A stretch of 64,000 nt of DNA, from contig JAFULG010000002.1 of the NCBI GenBank assembly GCA_017473435.1, positions 42,664-106,663 on the forward strand, in the 5' to 3' direction. The translations under genes were made by a program, and so were the position numbers. The notes beneath the pieces are model-generated. The model saw only the letters and a program-made list of their open reading frames with translations. It was not told the origin of the DNA and did not search any database. Source of the DNA: Clostridia bacterium (GTDB lineage Bacteria > Bacillota > Clostridia > Oscillospirales > Acutalibacteraceae). Within the stretch, counting starts at the first letter, position 1, and each line of letters starts with the position of its first letter. Positions 8,327 to 21,142 of the stretch are shown here, piece after piece.

Positions 8327-9430
8327 ATGAAAATTATTTGTGACAGTGCCGAACTTGCAAAAGCAGCCTTCAGCGTTCAGAGAACAGTTTCAGGTAAATC
8401 AACAATTCCTTCCCTTGAAGGTATTCTTATTGAAGCATTTGAAGATAAGATAAAGCTTACAGGCTATGACCTTGAGGTAGGCTCAACAATTATTATTGAT
8501 GCAGATGTAAGAAGTGAAGGAAAAATTGTTCTTAATGCAAAGAATTTCTGCGACATTTTAAGAATGGTTCCCGATGACAGTATTTCTATCGAAACAGACG
8601 ACAGAAACATTGCTAAAATAAAGAGCGGTGAAGCTGATTATTCAATTATAGCAACCAATGCCGATGATTATCCTGAGCTTCCTTCTCTTAATAAGTTTTC
8701 ACCCGTTGTTGTTGAGCTCGGTCTTTTGAAGGATATGATTAAAAAGACAATATTCTCTGTTTCAACCGGAGAAAGAAATCCCGTACACAACGGTGTTAAG
8801 TTTGAAATAACAAATAATAAAATTGTTCTTGTTGCTGTTGACGGTGCGAGACTTGCAGTCCGCCGTGAAGAAATAAGCTACGATGAAGAGCAGAACGGAA
8901 GCCTCAGCTTTGTTGTTCCTGCAAAGACTCTCGGTGAAATTCAGAAAAACACCAGCGATGATGATACACCGATTGAAATTAAAGTAGGTGACAGACACAT
9001 CATTTTCAAAATAGGGGAGTATCAGATTATTTCAAGACTTCTTGAAGGTAACTTCCTTAACTATAAATCTGCAATTCCTATGAGCAGCGAAACAAAGATT
9101 ATTGTTGAAACAAAAAGACTTATTGAAAGTATTGAAAGAACATCACTTATTATCACAGATAAGTCAAGTCCTCTTCGTCTTATTGTAGATAACGGTATTC
9201 TTAAGTTTTCATCAGTAACAGCACTTGGTACTGCCAGTGATAAAATGGCAGCAGATATTGAAGGTAAAAACATAGAAATAGGCTTTAATAACCGTTTTGT
9301 CCTTGACTGTCTCAAGGTCTGCGATGTTGAAAAAATAAAAATTGAAATGATTAGCGCAAATCAGCCTATTACCTTCTCTCCTCTTGAAGGAGATCATTTC
9401 TTCTTCCTTATTCTTCCCGTAAGAATATAA
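8327..9430 (+). CDS. dnaN: DNA polymerase III beta sliding clamp
   Basis: 367 aa at the conserved position after dnaA, with typical three-domain clamp length and sequence (..LEGILIEA.., ..GARLAVR.., ..LLEGNFLNY..). Confidence 0.95.
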   Translation: MKIICDSAELAKAAFSVQRTVSGKSTIPSLEGILIEAFEDKIKLTGYDLEVGSTIIIDADVRSEGKIVLNAKNFCDILRMVPDDSISIETDDRNIAKIKSGEADYSIIATNADDYPELPSLNKFSPVVVELGLLKDMIKKTIFSVSTGERNPVHNGVKFEITNNKIVLVAVDGARLAVRREEISYDEEQNGSLSFVVPAKTLGEIQKNTSDDDTPIEIKVGDRHIIFKIGEYQIISRLLEGNFLNYKSAIPMSSETKIIVETKRLIESIERTSLIITDKSSPLRLIVDNGILKFSSVTALGTASDKMAADIEGKNIEIGFNNRFVLDCLKVCDVEKIKIEMISANQPITFSPLEGDHFFFLILPVRI

Positions 9431-9457
9431 AAATTAAAGTATAAGAGTTGATGTAAT

Positions 9458-9709
9458 ATGAAAATTACCGTAAAGGTTAAGAAAAAAGAGGAAAAGGATA
9501 TTTTTATAAAAACAGAAAATATCCCTCTTGATAAGGTGCTTAAATTTTCCGGTATTGCAGGTACCGGAGGTCAGGCAAAAATGCTTATTCAGGACGGACT
9601 TGTAAAGGTAAACGGAGAGGTATGCCTTTCAAGAGGAAAAAAACTCAAGGATAAAGATAATTTCGAATTTCAGAATATAATCTATAACATTAAGCAAGCG
9701 GAGAAATAA
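9458..9709 (+). CDS. yaaA: S4-domain RNA-binding protein (YaaA-like)
   Basis: 83 aa with GGQAKMLIQDGLVKVNGEVCLSRGKKL. It sits at the conserved position between dnaN and recF. Confidence 0.8.
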   Translation: MKITVKVKKKEEKDIFIKTENIPLDKVLKFSGIAGTGGQAKMLIQDGLVKVNGEVCLSRGKKLKDKDNFEFQNIIYNIKQAEK

Positions 9710-9712
9710 AAG

Positions 9713-10810
9713 ATGGTTGTAAATCAACTTGAGGTAAAAAATTTCAGGAACATTGAAAATACCTCTTTAGAACCTTGCAAGGGAATAAATATAATATACG
9801 GTGAAAATGCCCAGGGAAAAACTAACTTGCTTGAAAGCATCTGGCTTTTTACAGGATGCCGTTCCTTCCGCGGTTCAAAGGATAATGAGATTATAAATTT
9901 TAACAGCACAAAAGCAAATATATATATGGATTTTAATGCTTTTGACAGGGAACAGAGTGCTTCGCTTGAAATAAGCGAAGGAAGAAGGTTTTTCCTGAAC
10001 GGAGTAAAAATGAAATCCTCAAGTCAGATTATGGGTGAATTTCTTTGTGTTGTTTTTTCTCCGGTTCATCTTTCGCTTGTTAAAGAAGGTCCTTATGAAA
10101 GAAGGCGTTTTCTTGATATTGCGATAAGTCAGCTTAAGCCTAAATACGGTGTAACTCTTTCACAGTATAATAAGGCAGTTGCTCAGAGAAATATTCTTTT
10201 AAAGGATGTCGCTTATCACAGTGAGCTTTATGATACCCTTGATATATGGGAGGACCGTATTGCATTTTTCGGCTCAGAAATTATAAGACAAAGACTGGGT
10301 TATATAAATAAGCTTTCGCTTTATACCGATGAAATTTATTCGGGACTTTCAAATGAAAGAGAAAGACTGAATATTGCATATAAGCAACAGGCAATCATAG
10401 GCGGTGACAATAAGCAGGAGCTTTATGAAAATCTCAAATCCCAGCTTTATGCCTCACGAAAAAATGATCTTATCACAGGTTCAACTTCTATAGGTCCTCA
10501 CAGAGACGATTTATCAATAAAGATAGACGGACTTTCCGCAAGAAGCTTCGGTTCACAGGGTCAGCAGCGTTCTGCCGCACTTGCACTTAAATTAGGTGAA
10601 GCAGCTGTTATAAAAAGCTTCAGCGGAGAACAGCCTGTTGCCCTACTCGATGATGTTATGAGTGAGCTTGATATAAACAGACAAAATTACATACTCAATC
10701 ACATCAAGGATTGGCAAGTATTTATTACTTGCTGTGACCCTGCTAACGTCAAGCATTTGAAGGACGGTAAGAGGTTTATGATGAAAAACGGAGTAGTAAA
10801 GAAAAAATAG
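9713..10810 (+). CDS. recF: DNA replication and repair protein RecF
   Basis: 365 aa with Walker A GENAQGKTNLLE, signature-like FGSQGQQRSAALALKL and Walker B ALLDDVMSELD. Confidence 0.95.
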   Translation: MVVNQLEVKNFRNIENTSLEPCKGINIIYGENAQGKTNLLESIWLFTGCRSFRGSKDNEIINFNSTKANIYMDFNAFDREQSASLEISEGRRFFLNGVKMKSSSQIMGEFLCVVFSPVHLSLVKEGPYERRRFLDIAISQLKPKYGVTLSQYNKAVAQRNILLKDVAYHSELYDTLDIWEDRIAFFGSEIIRQRLGYINKLSLYTDEIYSGLSNERERLNIAYKQQAIIGGDNKQELYENLKSQLYASRKNDLITGSTSIGPHRDDLSIKIDGLSARSFGSQGQQRSAALALKLGEAAVIKSFSGEQPVALLDDVMSELDINRQNYILNHIKDWQVFITCCDPANVKHLKDGKRFMMKNGVVKKK

Positions 10811-10837
10811 TCCGTACAAGGTGCTAAAGGAGTAATT

Positions 10838-13127
<2,290 letters not shown>

Positions 13128-13147
13128 TATTTAAAGGACTTGTTTTA

Positions 13148-13687
13148 ATGTTACCATACGGAATTATTATTAAGCAAAACAGAATAATAATGCAGAATTC
13201 TCTTGTAATATGGCAGAAAAAATTCGGAATTCTGAAGCCTTCTAAATTTTTAGGAACAGCTGTTCCTCTTATCTGTGCTTTTACGGTACTGTTTTCTGCG
13301 GTAAGTTATTTTACATCAGAGGGTCTTACACCGTTGATGTTTGTTTCTGAGCTTTTGCTCAATGCTGTACTTATAGTTACCTTTATGCTTTTAAATGCAA
13401 TCAAAACTATAAGAGAATATGCCGCAACTATGAAGGAAGACAGAATACAGTTAGTTTTAAAAGAGGATGTAATTGAAATTACAACAGAGTTTTCAAAAGA
13501 GGTTGTACCTTATGAGGAAATTGATCTTTGCTTTGAAAAAAATTTTGTTGTGGTTCTGATGTGTGATAAATACAGTTTTCCCATTGCAATTTCAAAAATG
13601 CATTTTGAAAAGGGAAATTATGATGTTTTTGTTTCACATTTAAAAAGTAAGCTTCCCGGAAAATATGAAAAGAGAGGGGAGAACTGA
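13148..13687 (+). CDS. Small membrane protein, two TM helices plus a soluble tail (YcxB-like layout, tentative)
   Basis: 179-aa ORF (alternative start M15 at 13190). Hydrophobic helices AVPLICAFTVLFSAVSYF and LMFVSELLLNAVLIVTFMLL are followed by a tail of about 90 aa. The next ORF has the same layout. Confidence 0.5.
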   Translation: MLPYGIIIKQNRIIMQNSLVIWQKKFGILKPSKFLGTAVPLICAFTVLFSAVSYFTSEGLTPLMFVSELLLNAVLIVTFMLLNAIKTIREYAATMKEDRIQLVLKEDVIEITTEFSKEVVPYEEIDLCFEKNFVVVLMCDKYSFPIAISKMHFEKGNYDVFVSHLKSKLPGKYEKRGEN

Positions 13688-13689
13688 TT

Positions 13690-14214
13690 ATGAAATATTT
13701 TTCCCTCAATTTTAGAATTGAAAAAGACGATTATAAGAACTACTACAAGGACTTCGGAAAAGCAATGCTTTTTAATCAGCTTAAGCGTTCGTTGATTATG
13801 ATTCTTTTCACTGCGGCAATGGCGATGTTTGTAATATCAGGTGATACAGTATGTTATGCCGTAACACTTATGTTTGTATTTTTTATTGCCTGCATTATGC
13901 CACTTGTGTTTTCAAAGAAAATTGCTCTTTTAATGCTTGATTCAAGAAACAGCAGAAAAGAAAATATTTACGATTTTTATTCTGACCACATTGAAATTCA
14001 TATTCCTGCAAGTGAAAAAAGCAAGGCATCAACCGAAAAGCATTTAAAAATGAACGGCTTTACAAATGTAACCGAAAGCAAAACAAACTTTTACTTTTCA
14101 TATATGAACGAAAAAATGCTTATTATCCCGAAGAGAGTTCTTGATAATGAAAAGTACGCAATGATAAAAAATCTTATAGAAAATTATTTTTCTGATGTGT
14201 ATATGACAGTTTAA
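13690..14214 (+). CDS. Small membrane protein, possibly related by layout to the preceding ORF
   Basis: 174 aa, starting 2 nt after the previous stop. Helices LIMILFTAAMAMFVI and AVTLMFVFFIACIMPLVF are followed by a soluble tail. Confidence 0.5.
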   Translation: MKYFSLNFRIEKDDYKNYYKDFGKAMLFNQLKRSLIMILFTAAMAMFVISGDTVCYAVTLMFVFFIACIMPLVFSKKIALLMLDSRNSRKENIYDFYSDHIEIHIPASEKSKASTEKHLKMNGFTNVTESKTNFYFSYMNEKMLIIPKRVLDNEKYAMIKNLIENYFSDVYMTV

Positions 14215-14257
14215 AAAATAAAAATTTTGCATTTTGTATTTTTTTGATGGTGATAAT

Positions 14258-16783
14258 ATGGAAAATTTAACCTACGAAAATCAGACCATAATTGACGTTG
14301 ATCTTAACAGAGAAATGAGAAAATCTTTCCTTGATTACTCAATGTCAGTTATTACTGCCCGTGCCCTTCCCGATGTAAGAGACGGACTTAAGCCCGTTCA
14401 TCGCCGTATTCTTTACACAATGCACGAAAACGGACTTTATCCCGAAAAGGCATACCGTAAGTGTGCCGATACCGTTGGTTCCGTGCTCGGTTCATATCAT
14501 CCTCACGGTGACGCATCAGTTTACGATGCAATGGTAAGACTTGCACAGAAGTTCTCAACAAGATATATTCTTGTTGACGGTCACGGTAACTTCGGTTCAA
14601 TTGACGGTGACCCCCCTGCTGCTTACCGTTATACCGAAAGTAAGATGAGTAAAATCTCAATGGAGATGCTCACTGATATTGATAAGGATACTGTTGACTT
14701 TGCTCCTAACTATGACGACCGTCTTAAGGAACCGACCGTACTTCCTTCAAGATTTCCTAACCTTCTTGTAAACGGTTCAACAGGTATTGCCGTTGGTATG
14801 GCAACAAACATTCCGCCTCATAACCTCGGTGAGGTTATCGACGGTATGTGCTATTATATCGATAACCCTGAAGCAGAGCTTGACGAGCTTATGCAGTTCA
14901 TCAAGGGTCCTGACTTCCCCACAGCAGGTATTGTTATGGGCAGAGCCGGTATCAGAGCCGCATATGCAACGGGTCGCGGAAAGATTGTTGTAAGAGCAAG
15001 AACGGAAATTGTCGAGGGCAAAAACGGCAGATTCCAGATTGTTGTTACCGAGCTTCCCTATCAGGTTAACAAGCGCCGTCTTATTGAAGCTATGGCTGAC
15101 CTTGTAAAGGATAAGAAAATTGAGGGTATTGCAGACATTAACGACTATTCAAGCCGTGAGGGTATGCGCCTTGTTGTTGACCTTAAGAGAGATGCTAATC
15201 CTCAGGTTGTTTTAAATCAGCTTTTCTCATATACACAGCTTCAGATTTCCTACGGTATTATTCTTCTCGCTCTTGTTGACGGTGTACCGAGAATACTTAC
15301 CCTTAAGCAGATTCTTGACCATTACATCAACTTCCAGAAGGAGGTTATTGTAAGAAGAACACGCTTTGACCTTAAAAAGGCACAGGAAAGAGCTCACATT
15401 TTAGAGGGTCTTAAAATTGCCCTTGACTTCATTGACGAGGTTATTGCAATTCTCCGTGCATCAAAGGACCAGGCAACAGGTAAGCAGAAGCTTATTGAGC
15501 GCTTCGGACTTACAGAGGTGCAGGCAGATGCTATTGTTAAGATGCGTCTCGGACAGCTCACCGGTCTTGAAAGAGAAAAGATTGAGGAAGAATTAAAGGT
15601 ACTCAAGGAAAAGATTGCAGAGTTTATGGATATCCTTGCAAACGAGTACAGAGTACTTGAGCTTGTTAAAACAGAGGCACAGGCTCTCTGCGATAAGTTC
15701 AGAGATGAAAGAAGAACAGAAATTGCCGCAATCACAGGTGAGGTTGATATTGAAGACCTTATTCCCGAGGAGGAGTGTGTTTATACACTTACGACTATGG
15801 GTTATATCAAGCGTCAGCCCGTTGAAACCTATACCCTTCAGAGAAGAGGCGGTAAGGGCATCAAGGGTATGACAAGAAGAGAAGAGGACGTTGCCGAAAC
15901 AATGTTCACCTGCTCAAGCCATGATTATATTATGTTCTTTACCACAAAGGGTAAGGTATATCGCCTTAAAGGCTATGAAATTCCTGAGGGAAGCAGACAG
16001 AGCAAGGGTATGAACGTTGTTAACCTTCTTCCCCTCGAGGGCGACGAAAAAATAAGCTCAATGATAAGAGTTCCCGACTTTGGCGGAGAAGAAATCAAGT
16101 ATCTCTGCATGGTTACAAGAAAGGGTATTATCAAGAGAACAGACCTTGAGCAGTATAAGAATCTCCGTAAGAGCGGTATTATTGCCATTAACCTTGACGA
16201 AGGCGATGAGCTTTCATGGGTATGGCTTACTGACGGAAATGATGATATTATCGTTGCAACAAGACTCGGTATGTCAATCCGCTTTAATGAGAATGATTGC
16301 CGCCCAATCGGCAGAACTGCAAGAGGTGTTAAGGCTATTGAGCTTAAAGAGGAAGACGAAGTTATCGGTATGTGCGTAATAGGTGAAAACGAAACCGACG
16401 AAAAGAAGGTTCTTACCGTTGCTGAAACAGGCTTAGGCCGACTCAGTGAGCACAGCGAATACAGACTTCAGTCAAGAGCAGGTAAGGGTGTACTTAATTA
16501 CCATATTGAAAAGTACGGTAAGGTTGCTTCTGTGGCTCTTGTTTCACCTGAGGATGATATTATTATGATTTCCTCTGACGGTATTCTTATAAGAATTCCC
16601 GCTTCACAGATTAATATTGTTTCACGTACATCCAAGGGTGTAAGAGTAATGCGTCTTGCAGAGGGCGAAAGAGTAGTTTCCGCAATAGCAGTTAAGGAAG
16701 CAGACAAAAAGGACGAAGAAGAAAATCAGGAGAGTACTGATGAAGGCGCTGAAGCTTCAGAAGGAAGCTCAAGTGAAGAATAA
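14258..16783 (+). CDS. gyrA: DNA gyrase subunit A
   Basis: QRDR region [17 protein letters not shown], active-site Tyr context AAYRYTE, a C-terminal beta-pinwheel repeat region and an acidic tail. The track start is TTG 14234; I prefer ATG 14258 (MENLTYENQ). Confidence 0.96.
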   Translation: MENLTYENQTIIDVDLNREMRKSFLDYSMSVITARALPDVRDGLKPVHRRILYTMHENGLYPEKAYRKCADTVGSVLGSYHPHGDASVYDAMVRLAQKFSTRYILVDGHGNFGSIDGDPPAAYRYTESKMSKISMEMLTDIDKDTVDFAPNYDDRLKEPTVLPSRFPNLLVNGSTGIAVGMATNIPPHNLGEVIDGMCYYIDNPEAELDELMQFIKGPDFPTAGIVMGRAGIRAAYATGRGKIVVRARTEIVEGKNGRFQIVVTELPYQVNKRRLIEAMADLVKDKKIEGIADINDYSSREGMRLVVDLKRDANPQVVLNQLFSYTQLQISYGIILLALVDGVPRILTLKQILDHYINFQKEVIVRRTRFDLKKAQERAHILEGLKIALDFIDEVIAILRASKDQATGKQKLIERFGLTEVQADAIVKMRLGQLTGLEREKIEEELKVLKEKIAEFMDILANEYRVLELVKTEAQALCDKFRDERRTEIAAITGEVDIEDLIPEEECVYTLTTMGYIKRQPVETYTLQRRGGKGIKGMTRREEDVAETMFTCSSHDYIMFFTTKGKVYRLKGYEIPEGSRQSKGMNVVNLLPLEGDEKISSMIRVPDFGGEEIKYLCMVTRKGIIKRTDLEQYKNLRKSGIIAINLDEGDELSWVWLTDGNDDIIVATRLGMSIRFNENDCRPIGRTARGVKAIELKEEDEVIGMCVIGENETDEKKVLTVAETGLGRLSEHSEYRLQSRAGKGVLNYHIEKYGKVASVALVSPEDDIIMISSDGILIRIPASQINIVSRTSKGVRVMRLAEGERVVSAIAVKEADKKDEEENQESTDEGAEASEGSSSEE

Positions 16784-16816
16784 ATCGGATTATAAAAATT
16801 TCAAGGAAGTGAACTG

Positions 16817-17980
16817 ATGAATAAGAAAAAAACTTCTGTTTTGGACTTTTTATGGAAAGATAAAAAACACAGAGCGAAGAATTTCAATTTTATTCTTACC
16901 GTATTTGTCGTCATTAGTGCTGTTATTCTGGGCTTTGTAAATAGTAAGCTTGAAATGATGGAAACCCAGGATGATATTACAACCACAACAAAGATTGAGC
17001 AACAGCAAATTACTGAGCCTGTTACACAGCCGATTATTTATGATGAAGAAGAGCTTAAGCTTATGAAAGCAATAAGCGAAGCCGGATCTCTTAACGATTT
17101 TCTTTATCAGTGGTCTGAAAACGGCGGTGAATTATATTCAAGTAAAAATGTTATCAATCTCCTTCTTATCGGTCTGGACTCAGAAGATGCCCTTGAAAAC
17201 GGAGGACGCTCTGACAGTATGATTCTTGTTTCACTTAACAAGAAAACAAGTCAGATCAATATGATTTCATTTTTCCGTGATGCCTGGTGTTATACAAATG
17301 CAGGCGGATATGATACATTCAATAAAATGAATGCTTCTTATTATTACGGTGGACCCAGCGGTGTTATTAATACAATTGAAAAAAATTACAAGATTGATAT
17401 TGATTATTATGTTGCTGTTGACTTTTCATCCTTTGTGGATATAATTGACGCTCTCGGCGGACTTACCGTTGAGGTTCAACAATACGAGGCAGAATATATT
17501 AATGCTACTACCCGCTATACCATAAATCACGGTACAAATGTTACCCTCTCAGGCGGCGAAGCCCTTGTTTTTGCAAGAATAAGACAGAGTGACTCTGACT
17601 CTGATGTAAGCCGTACAAGAAGACAGCGTCAGGTTATAACTTCACTTATCAACAGCGTGAAAAATGCATCAATAAGTCAGCTTAACGATGTTCTTGATTT
17701 ACTTTTCCAGTATGTTAAAACTGACTTAAGTAAAATGCAGATTATATCCTATGCAACTCAGGCTCTTGCAAACGGCTGGCTCAACTATGAAATTGTTCAG
17801 CATTCATTTTTAAGTGAGGCCGATATTTACCGTACCGGCTATGTAGGTTCATCCTCTGTTGTTATTATGGACTTCCCTCTTGCGGCACAGAGAGTACAGA
17901 ATGCTGTTTACGGTGACACAAATATTGTTCTTGATGAGGAAAGACAGAATATTTTCTATCTTGTTGATGAGTTAGACTAA
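16817..17980 (+). CDS. LytR-CpsA-Psr (LCP) family cell-wall polymer ligase
   Basis: 387 aa with an N-terminal TM anchor (FNFILTVFVVISAVILGFV) and the LCP core LLIGLDS..RSDSMILVSLN..ISFFRDAW..ARIRQ. Confidence 0.85.
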   Translation: MNKKKTSVLDFLWKDKKHRAKNFNFILTVFVVISAVILGFVNSKLEMMETQDDITTTTKIEQQQITEPVTQPIIYDEEELKLMKAISEAGSLNDFLYQWSENGGELYSSKNVINLLLIGLDSEDALENGGRSDSMILVSLNKKTSQINMISFFRDAWCYTNAGGYDTFNKMNASYYYGGPSGVINTIEKNYKIDIDYYVAVDFSSFVDIIDALGGLTVEVQQYEAEYINATTRYTINHGTNVTLSGGEALVFARIRQSDSDSDVSRTRRQRQVITSLINSVKNASISQLNDVLDLLFQYVKTDLSKMQIISYATQALANGWLNYEIVQHSFLSEADIYRTGYVGSSSVVIMDFPLAAQRVQNAVYGDTNIVLDEERQNIFYLVDELD

Positions 17981-18001
17981 CAAAGAAAAGAGGAAGAAAC
18001 C

Positions 18002-18391
18002 ATGGATATGACAATAGGTACAAAGCATGAGGTTTCTATAACCGTTACAACTGATGTTACCGCAGTGAAAATGAAAAGCGGTTCTCTTGAGGTACTTGCC
18101 ACACCTTATATGGTAGCCCTTATGGAGCAGGCTGCAAGCGAGCTTTGTGATAAATTTGTTCCTGAAGGAATTTCAACTGTAGGAACTGCGCTTAATATTT
18201 CTCATCTTGCACCTACACCTGTAGGAGGAAAGGTTAAGGCCGTTGCTACCCTTACAGCCTTTGACGGCAGAAAGGCAAGCTTTGATGTTGAGGCATATGA
18301 TGATCTCGGTCTTATAGGCAAGGGAACTCACGAGCGATTCACTATAAAGATTGAATCATTCATGAAAAAGGCACTTGAAAGAAAGAGCTGA
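18002..18391 (+). CDS. Hot-dog fold thioesterase family protein
   Basis: 129 aa. Its size and sequence (LATPYMVALMEQAA.., GKGTHERF) resemble small FlK-type thioesterases. Confidence 0.6.
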   Translation: MDMTIGTKHEVSITVTTDVTAVKMKSGSLEVLATPYMVALMEQAASELCDKFVPEGISTVGTALNISHLAPTPVGGKVKAVATLTAFDGRKASFDVEAYDDLGLIGKGTHERFTIKIESFMKKALERKS

Positions 18392-18395
18392 TAAA

Positions 18396-19046
18396 ATGGC
18401 CAGGTACGATTATGTGATTTTTGATTTTGACGGTACGGTAGTTGATACCGGAGAGGGAATTATAAAAAGTCTGCAATATTCTTTTGAGCAGATGGGCAGA
18501 GAGATTCCTGATATGTCAGATCTGAAAAAATTCATCGGTCCCCCGATTTATTACAGCTATACCCATTTTTACGGTGTAAGTGAGGACGAGGTGGGTGAGT
18601 ACATCAGAAAATACCGTGAGCGTTATAAAGTGAAGGGTATTTATGAGTGTGAGCTTTATGACGGTATGAAGGAGCTTCTTAGCGAGCTGAGAAGCAGGGG
18701 AGTCAAGCTTGGTATAGCCTCCAGTAAACCCGAGCATCTTATTTACAGTGTTGCAGACTATCTGAAAATTACAGATATGTTTGATGCGATTGTCGGTGTT
18801 AAAATTGATGACAGCAACCACAGTACAAAAACCGGTCTTGTCCTCGATGCAATGAAAAAGCTGGGAGCAATGGACAAAAGCAGAGTCCTTATGATTGGTG
18901 ACCGATGCTTTGATATTGACGGTGCGGCAGGTGCAGGAGTAAAAAGTTGCGGAGCACTCTGGGGTTACGGTAATGAGGAAGAATTCAAGGCCCATAATGC
19001 CGATTTTATAATTTCCCTGCCGTCAGATGTACTTAGCTTGATTTAA
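18396..19046 (+). CDS. HAD-superfamily phosphatase (phosphoglycolate phosphatase-like)
   Basis: Motif I is DFDGTVVDT, motif II is ASSK and motif IV is GDRCFDIDGA. I moved the start to ATG 18396, 5 nt after the upstream stop; the track start 18375 overlaps the previous gene. Confidence 0.85.
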   Translation: MARYDYVIFDFDGTVVDTGEGIIKSLQYSFEQMGREIPDMSDLKKFIGPPIYYSYTHFYGVSEDEVGEYIRKYRERYKVKGIYECELYDGMKELLSELRSRGVKLGIASSKPEHLIYSVADYLKITDMFDAIVGVKIDDSNHSTKTGLVLDAMKKLGAMDKSRVLMIGDRCFDIDGAAGAGVKSCGALWGYGNEEEFKAHNADFIISLPSDVLSLI

Positions 19047-19082
19047 TAGCTTTATAATTCTTATAAAGAACAAAAATGGTAA

Positions 19083-19107
19083 AATATGTGAATATATTTC
19101 ACATATT
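19083..19107. terminator. AT-rich 10-bp-arm palindrome (weak terminator or operator candidate)
   Basis: aatatgtgaa-tatat-ttcacatatt followed by cgtttctgttt, located downstream of the HAD gene. Confidence 0.35.
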
Positions 19108-19193
19108 CGTTTCTGTTTGATAGAAAAAAATAAAATGATATAAGTATCATTGTAAAAAAATCTATTCAATAAAATTAAGGTAATATTTTAAGA

Positions 19194-19218
19194 GTTTTCC
19201 ACATCTGTTGTGGAAAAC
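19194..19218. promoter_or_regulatory. Inverted pair of DnaA-box-like 9-mers upstream of mnmG
   Basis: gTTTTCCACA-tctgt-TGTGGAAAAc, with 10-bp perfect arms. The 9-mer is identical to the one at 8094-8102, right after dnaA. Confidence 0.5.
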
Positions 19219-19256
19219 TTTCTTGAATTCAGAGACAATTAAAGGTCAGTGATTTT

Positions 19257-21131
19257 ATGAAATATTTTGCAAAAGAATATGATGTAATAGTAATCGGTGC
19301 AGGCCATGCCGGTATTGAAGCCGGTCTTGCGGCGGCACGTCTCGGTGTAAGCGTCGGTGTATTCACTATTAATATGGATTGGGTTGGTAATATGCCCTGC
19401 AATCCTTCAATCGGCGGAACCTCAAAGGGTCACCTTGTACGTGAGATTGATGCTCTCGGCGGTGAAATGGGTAAGGCAGCAGATGCCAATACTTTACAAA
19501 GCCGTATACTCAATCTCGGTAAAGGACCTGCCGTTCACTCCCTGCGTGCACAGATTGACCGCAGACATTACAGCGAATATATGAAGCACGTAATGGAGCT
19601 GCAGGAGGGTCTTGAAATAGTTCAGGCTGAAATTACCGACCTTGTAAGAAGCGAGGACGGTAAATGGCAGGTTACAACTATGCTGGAAGCTGTTTACAAG
19701 GCAAAGTGTGTAATTCTTGCAACGGGCACCTTCCTTGCTTCAAAGATATACGTAGGAGATGTTGTATATGACGGCGGACCTGACGGTATGTTTGCGGCAA
19801 CAAGATTAGGAGAATCTCTTAAAAAGCTCGGTGTTTCAACAAGACGTTTTAAAACAGGTACCCCATCACGTGTGAACAGACGCAGCATCGATTTTTCAGG
19901 TCTTGAACGTCAGGACGGAGACGAGAGGGTTGTCCCCTTCTCTTTTGACGGAAAATATCAGCCTGAAAACAAATTGCCATGCTATATTACATATACAAAT
20001 GAGGAAACCAAGCAGGTAATCCTTGATAATATTCATCGATCTCCCCTTTACAGCGGTAAGATTGACGGTGTAGGTCCCAGATACTGCCCTTCCATTGAGG
20101 ATAAAATTGTCCGCTTCTCTGAAAAGAAGAGACACCAGCTCTTTATTGAGCCTTGCGGAGAGAATACAGAGGAAATGTATCTTCAGGGAATGTCGTCTTC
20201 TTTGCCTGAGGATGTTCAGCTTAAGTTCCTTCGCACAATTCCCGGACTTGAAAATGTTCAGGTTATGCGTACAGCTTACGCAATTGAATATGACTGTGTT
20301 GATCCTCTTACTCTTAATGCCAGTCTTGAATTTAAAGAATTCAGCGGACTTTTCGGTGCCGGACAGTTCAACGGTTCTAGCGGATACGAGGAAGCGGCTG
20401 CTCAGGGTCTTGTTGCAGGTATAAATGCAGCGCAGAAGTGTCTTGGCAAGGATTATCTTATCCTTGACAGAGCTTCATCATATATCGGTACACTTATTGA
20501 TGACCTTGTTACAAAGGGTTGCTCTGATCCTTACAGAATGATGACCTCCCGTTCAGAATACCGCCTTATATTAAGACAGGATAATGCTGATATCCGTCTT
20601 ACAAAGTACGGTTATGATATAGGTCTTGTGAGCGAGGAAAAATGGCAGAGATTACAGGAAAAGCTGAAGCTTGTAGAAGAGGAAAAGGAAAGAATATCCC
20701 TTGTTTCCGTTCCTATGAGTAAGGAAATCGACGAGCTTCTTGTTTCACGTGGAACATCACCTCTTGTCACAGGCTGTCGAATTTCCGAGCTTCTGAAGCG
20801 GCCGCAACTGGATTATGAGGTGCTCAAGGATTTTGATCCGGAAAGACCTGACCTTCCCTATGAGATTTTCGAGCAGGTCGAAATTGGGATTAAATATGAA
20901 GGCTATATAAAACGTCAGCTTGCCCAGGTTGAGGAAATGAGAAGACTTGAGGTAAAGAGCTTAAAAATGATAAATGATTATAAAGAGGTTTTAGGCTTAA
21001 GAAGCGAAGCACAGGAAAAGCTTAACAAAATCAAGCCCGAAAACCTCGGTCAGGCTTCAAGAATAAGCGGTGTAAGCCCTGCTGATATATCGGTATTGCT
21101 TATTTACCTTGCAAAAAACGGATTGAATTAA
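19257..21131 (+). CDS. mnmG: tRNA uridine 5-carboxymethylaminomethyl modification enzyme MnmG (GidA)
   Basis: 624 aa with N-terminal FAD-binding VIVIGAGHAGIEA and GidA-family sequence throughout. Confidence 0.97.
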   Translation: MKYFAKEYDVIVIGAGHAGIEAGLAAARLGVSVGVFTINMDWVGNMPCNPSIGGTSKGHLVREIDALGGEMGKAADANTLQSRILNLGKGPAVHSLRAQIDRRHYSEYMKHVMELQEGLEIVQAEITDLVRSEDGKWQVTTMLEAVYKAKCVILATGTFLASKIYVGDVVYDGGPDGMFAATRLGESLKKLGVSTRRFKTGTPSRVNRRSIDFSGLERQDGDERVVPFSFDGKYQPENKLPCYITYTNEETKQVILDNIHRSPLYSGKIDGVGPRYCPSIEDKIVRFSEKKRHQLFIEPCGENTEEMYLQGMSSSLPEDVQLKFLRTIPGLENVQVMRTAYAIEYDCVDPLTLNASLEFKEFSGLFGAGQFNGSSGYEEAAAQGLVAGINAAQKCLGKDYLILDRASSYIGTLIDDLVTKGCSDPYRMMTSRSEYRLILRQDNADIRLTKYGYDIGLVSEEKWQRLQEKLKLVEEEKERISLVSVPMSKEIDELLVSRGTSPLVTGCRISELLKRPQLDYEVLKDFDPERPDLPYEIFEQVEIGIKYEGYIKRQLAQVEEMRRLEVKSLKMINDYKEVLGLRSEAQEKLNKIKPENLGQASRISGVSPADISVLLIYLAKNGLN

Positions 21132-21142
21132 GGAGAAAAGCT

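Noticed and set aside
14234-14257. Alternative upstream start codons proposed by the track: TTG 14234 for gyrA, TTG 22966 for soj, TTG 21972 for the noc-like gene and 18375 for the HAD gene.
   Set aside because: In each case a downstream ATG gives the conserved N-terminus and better RBS spacing, or avoids overlap with the preceding gene.
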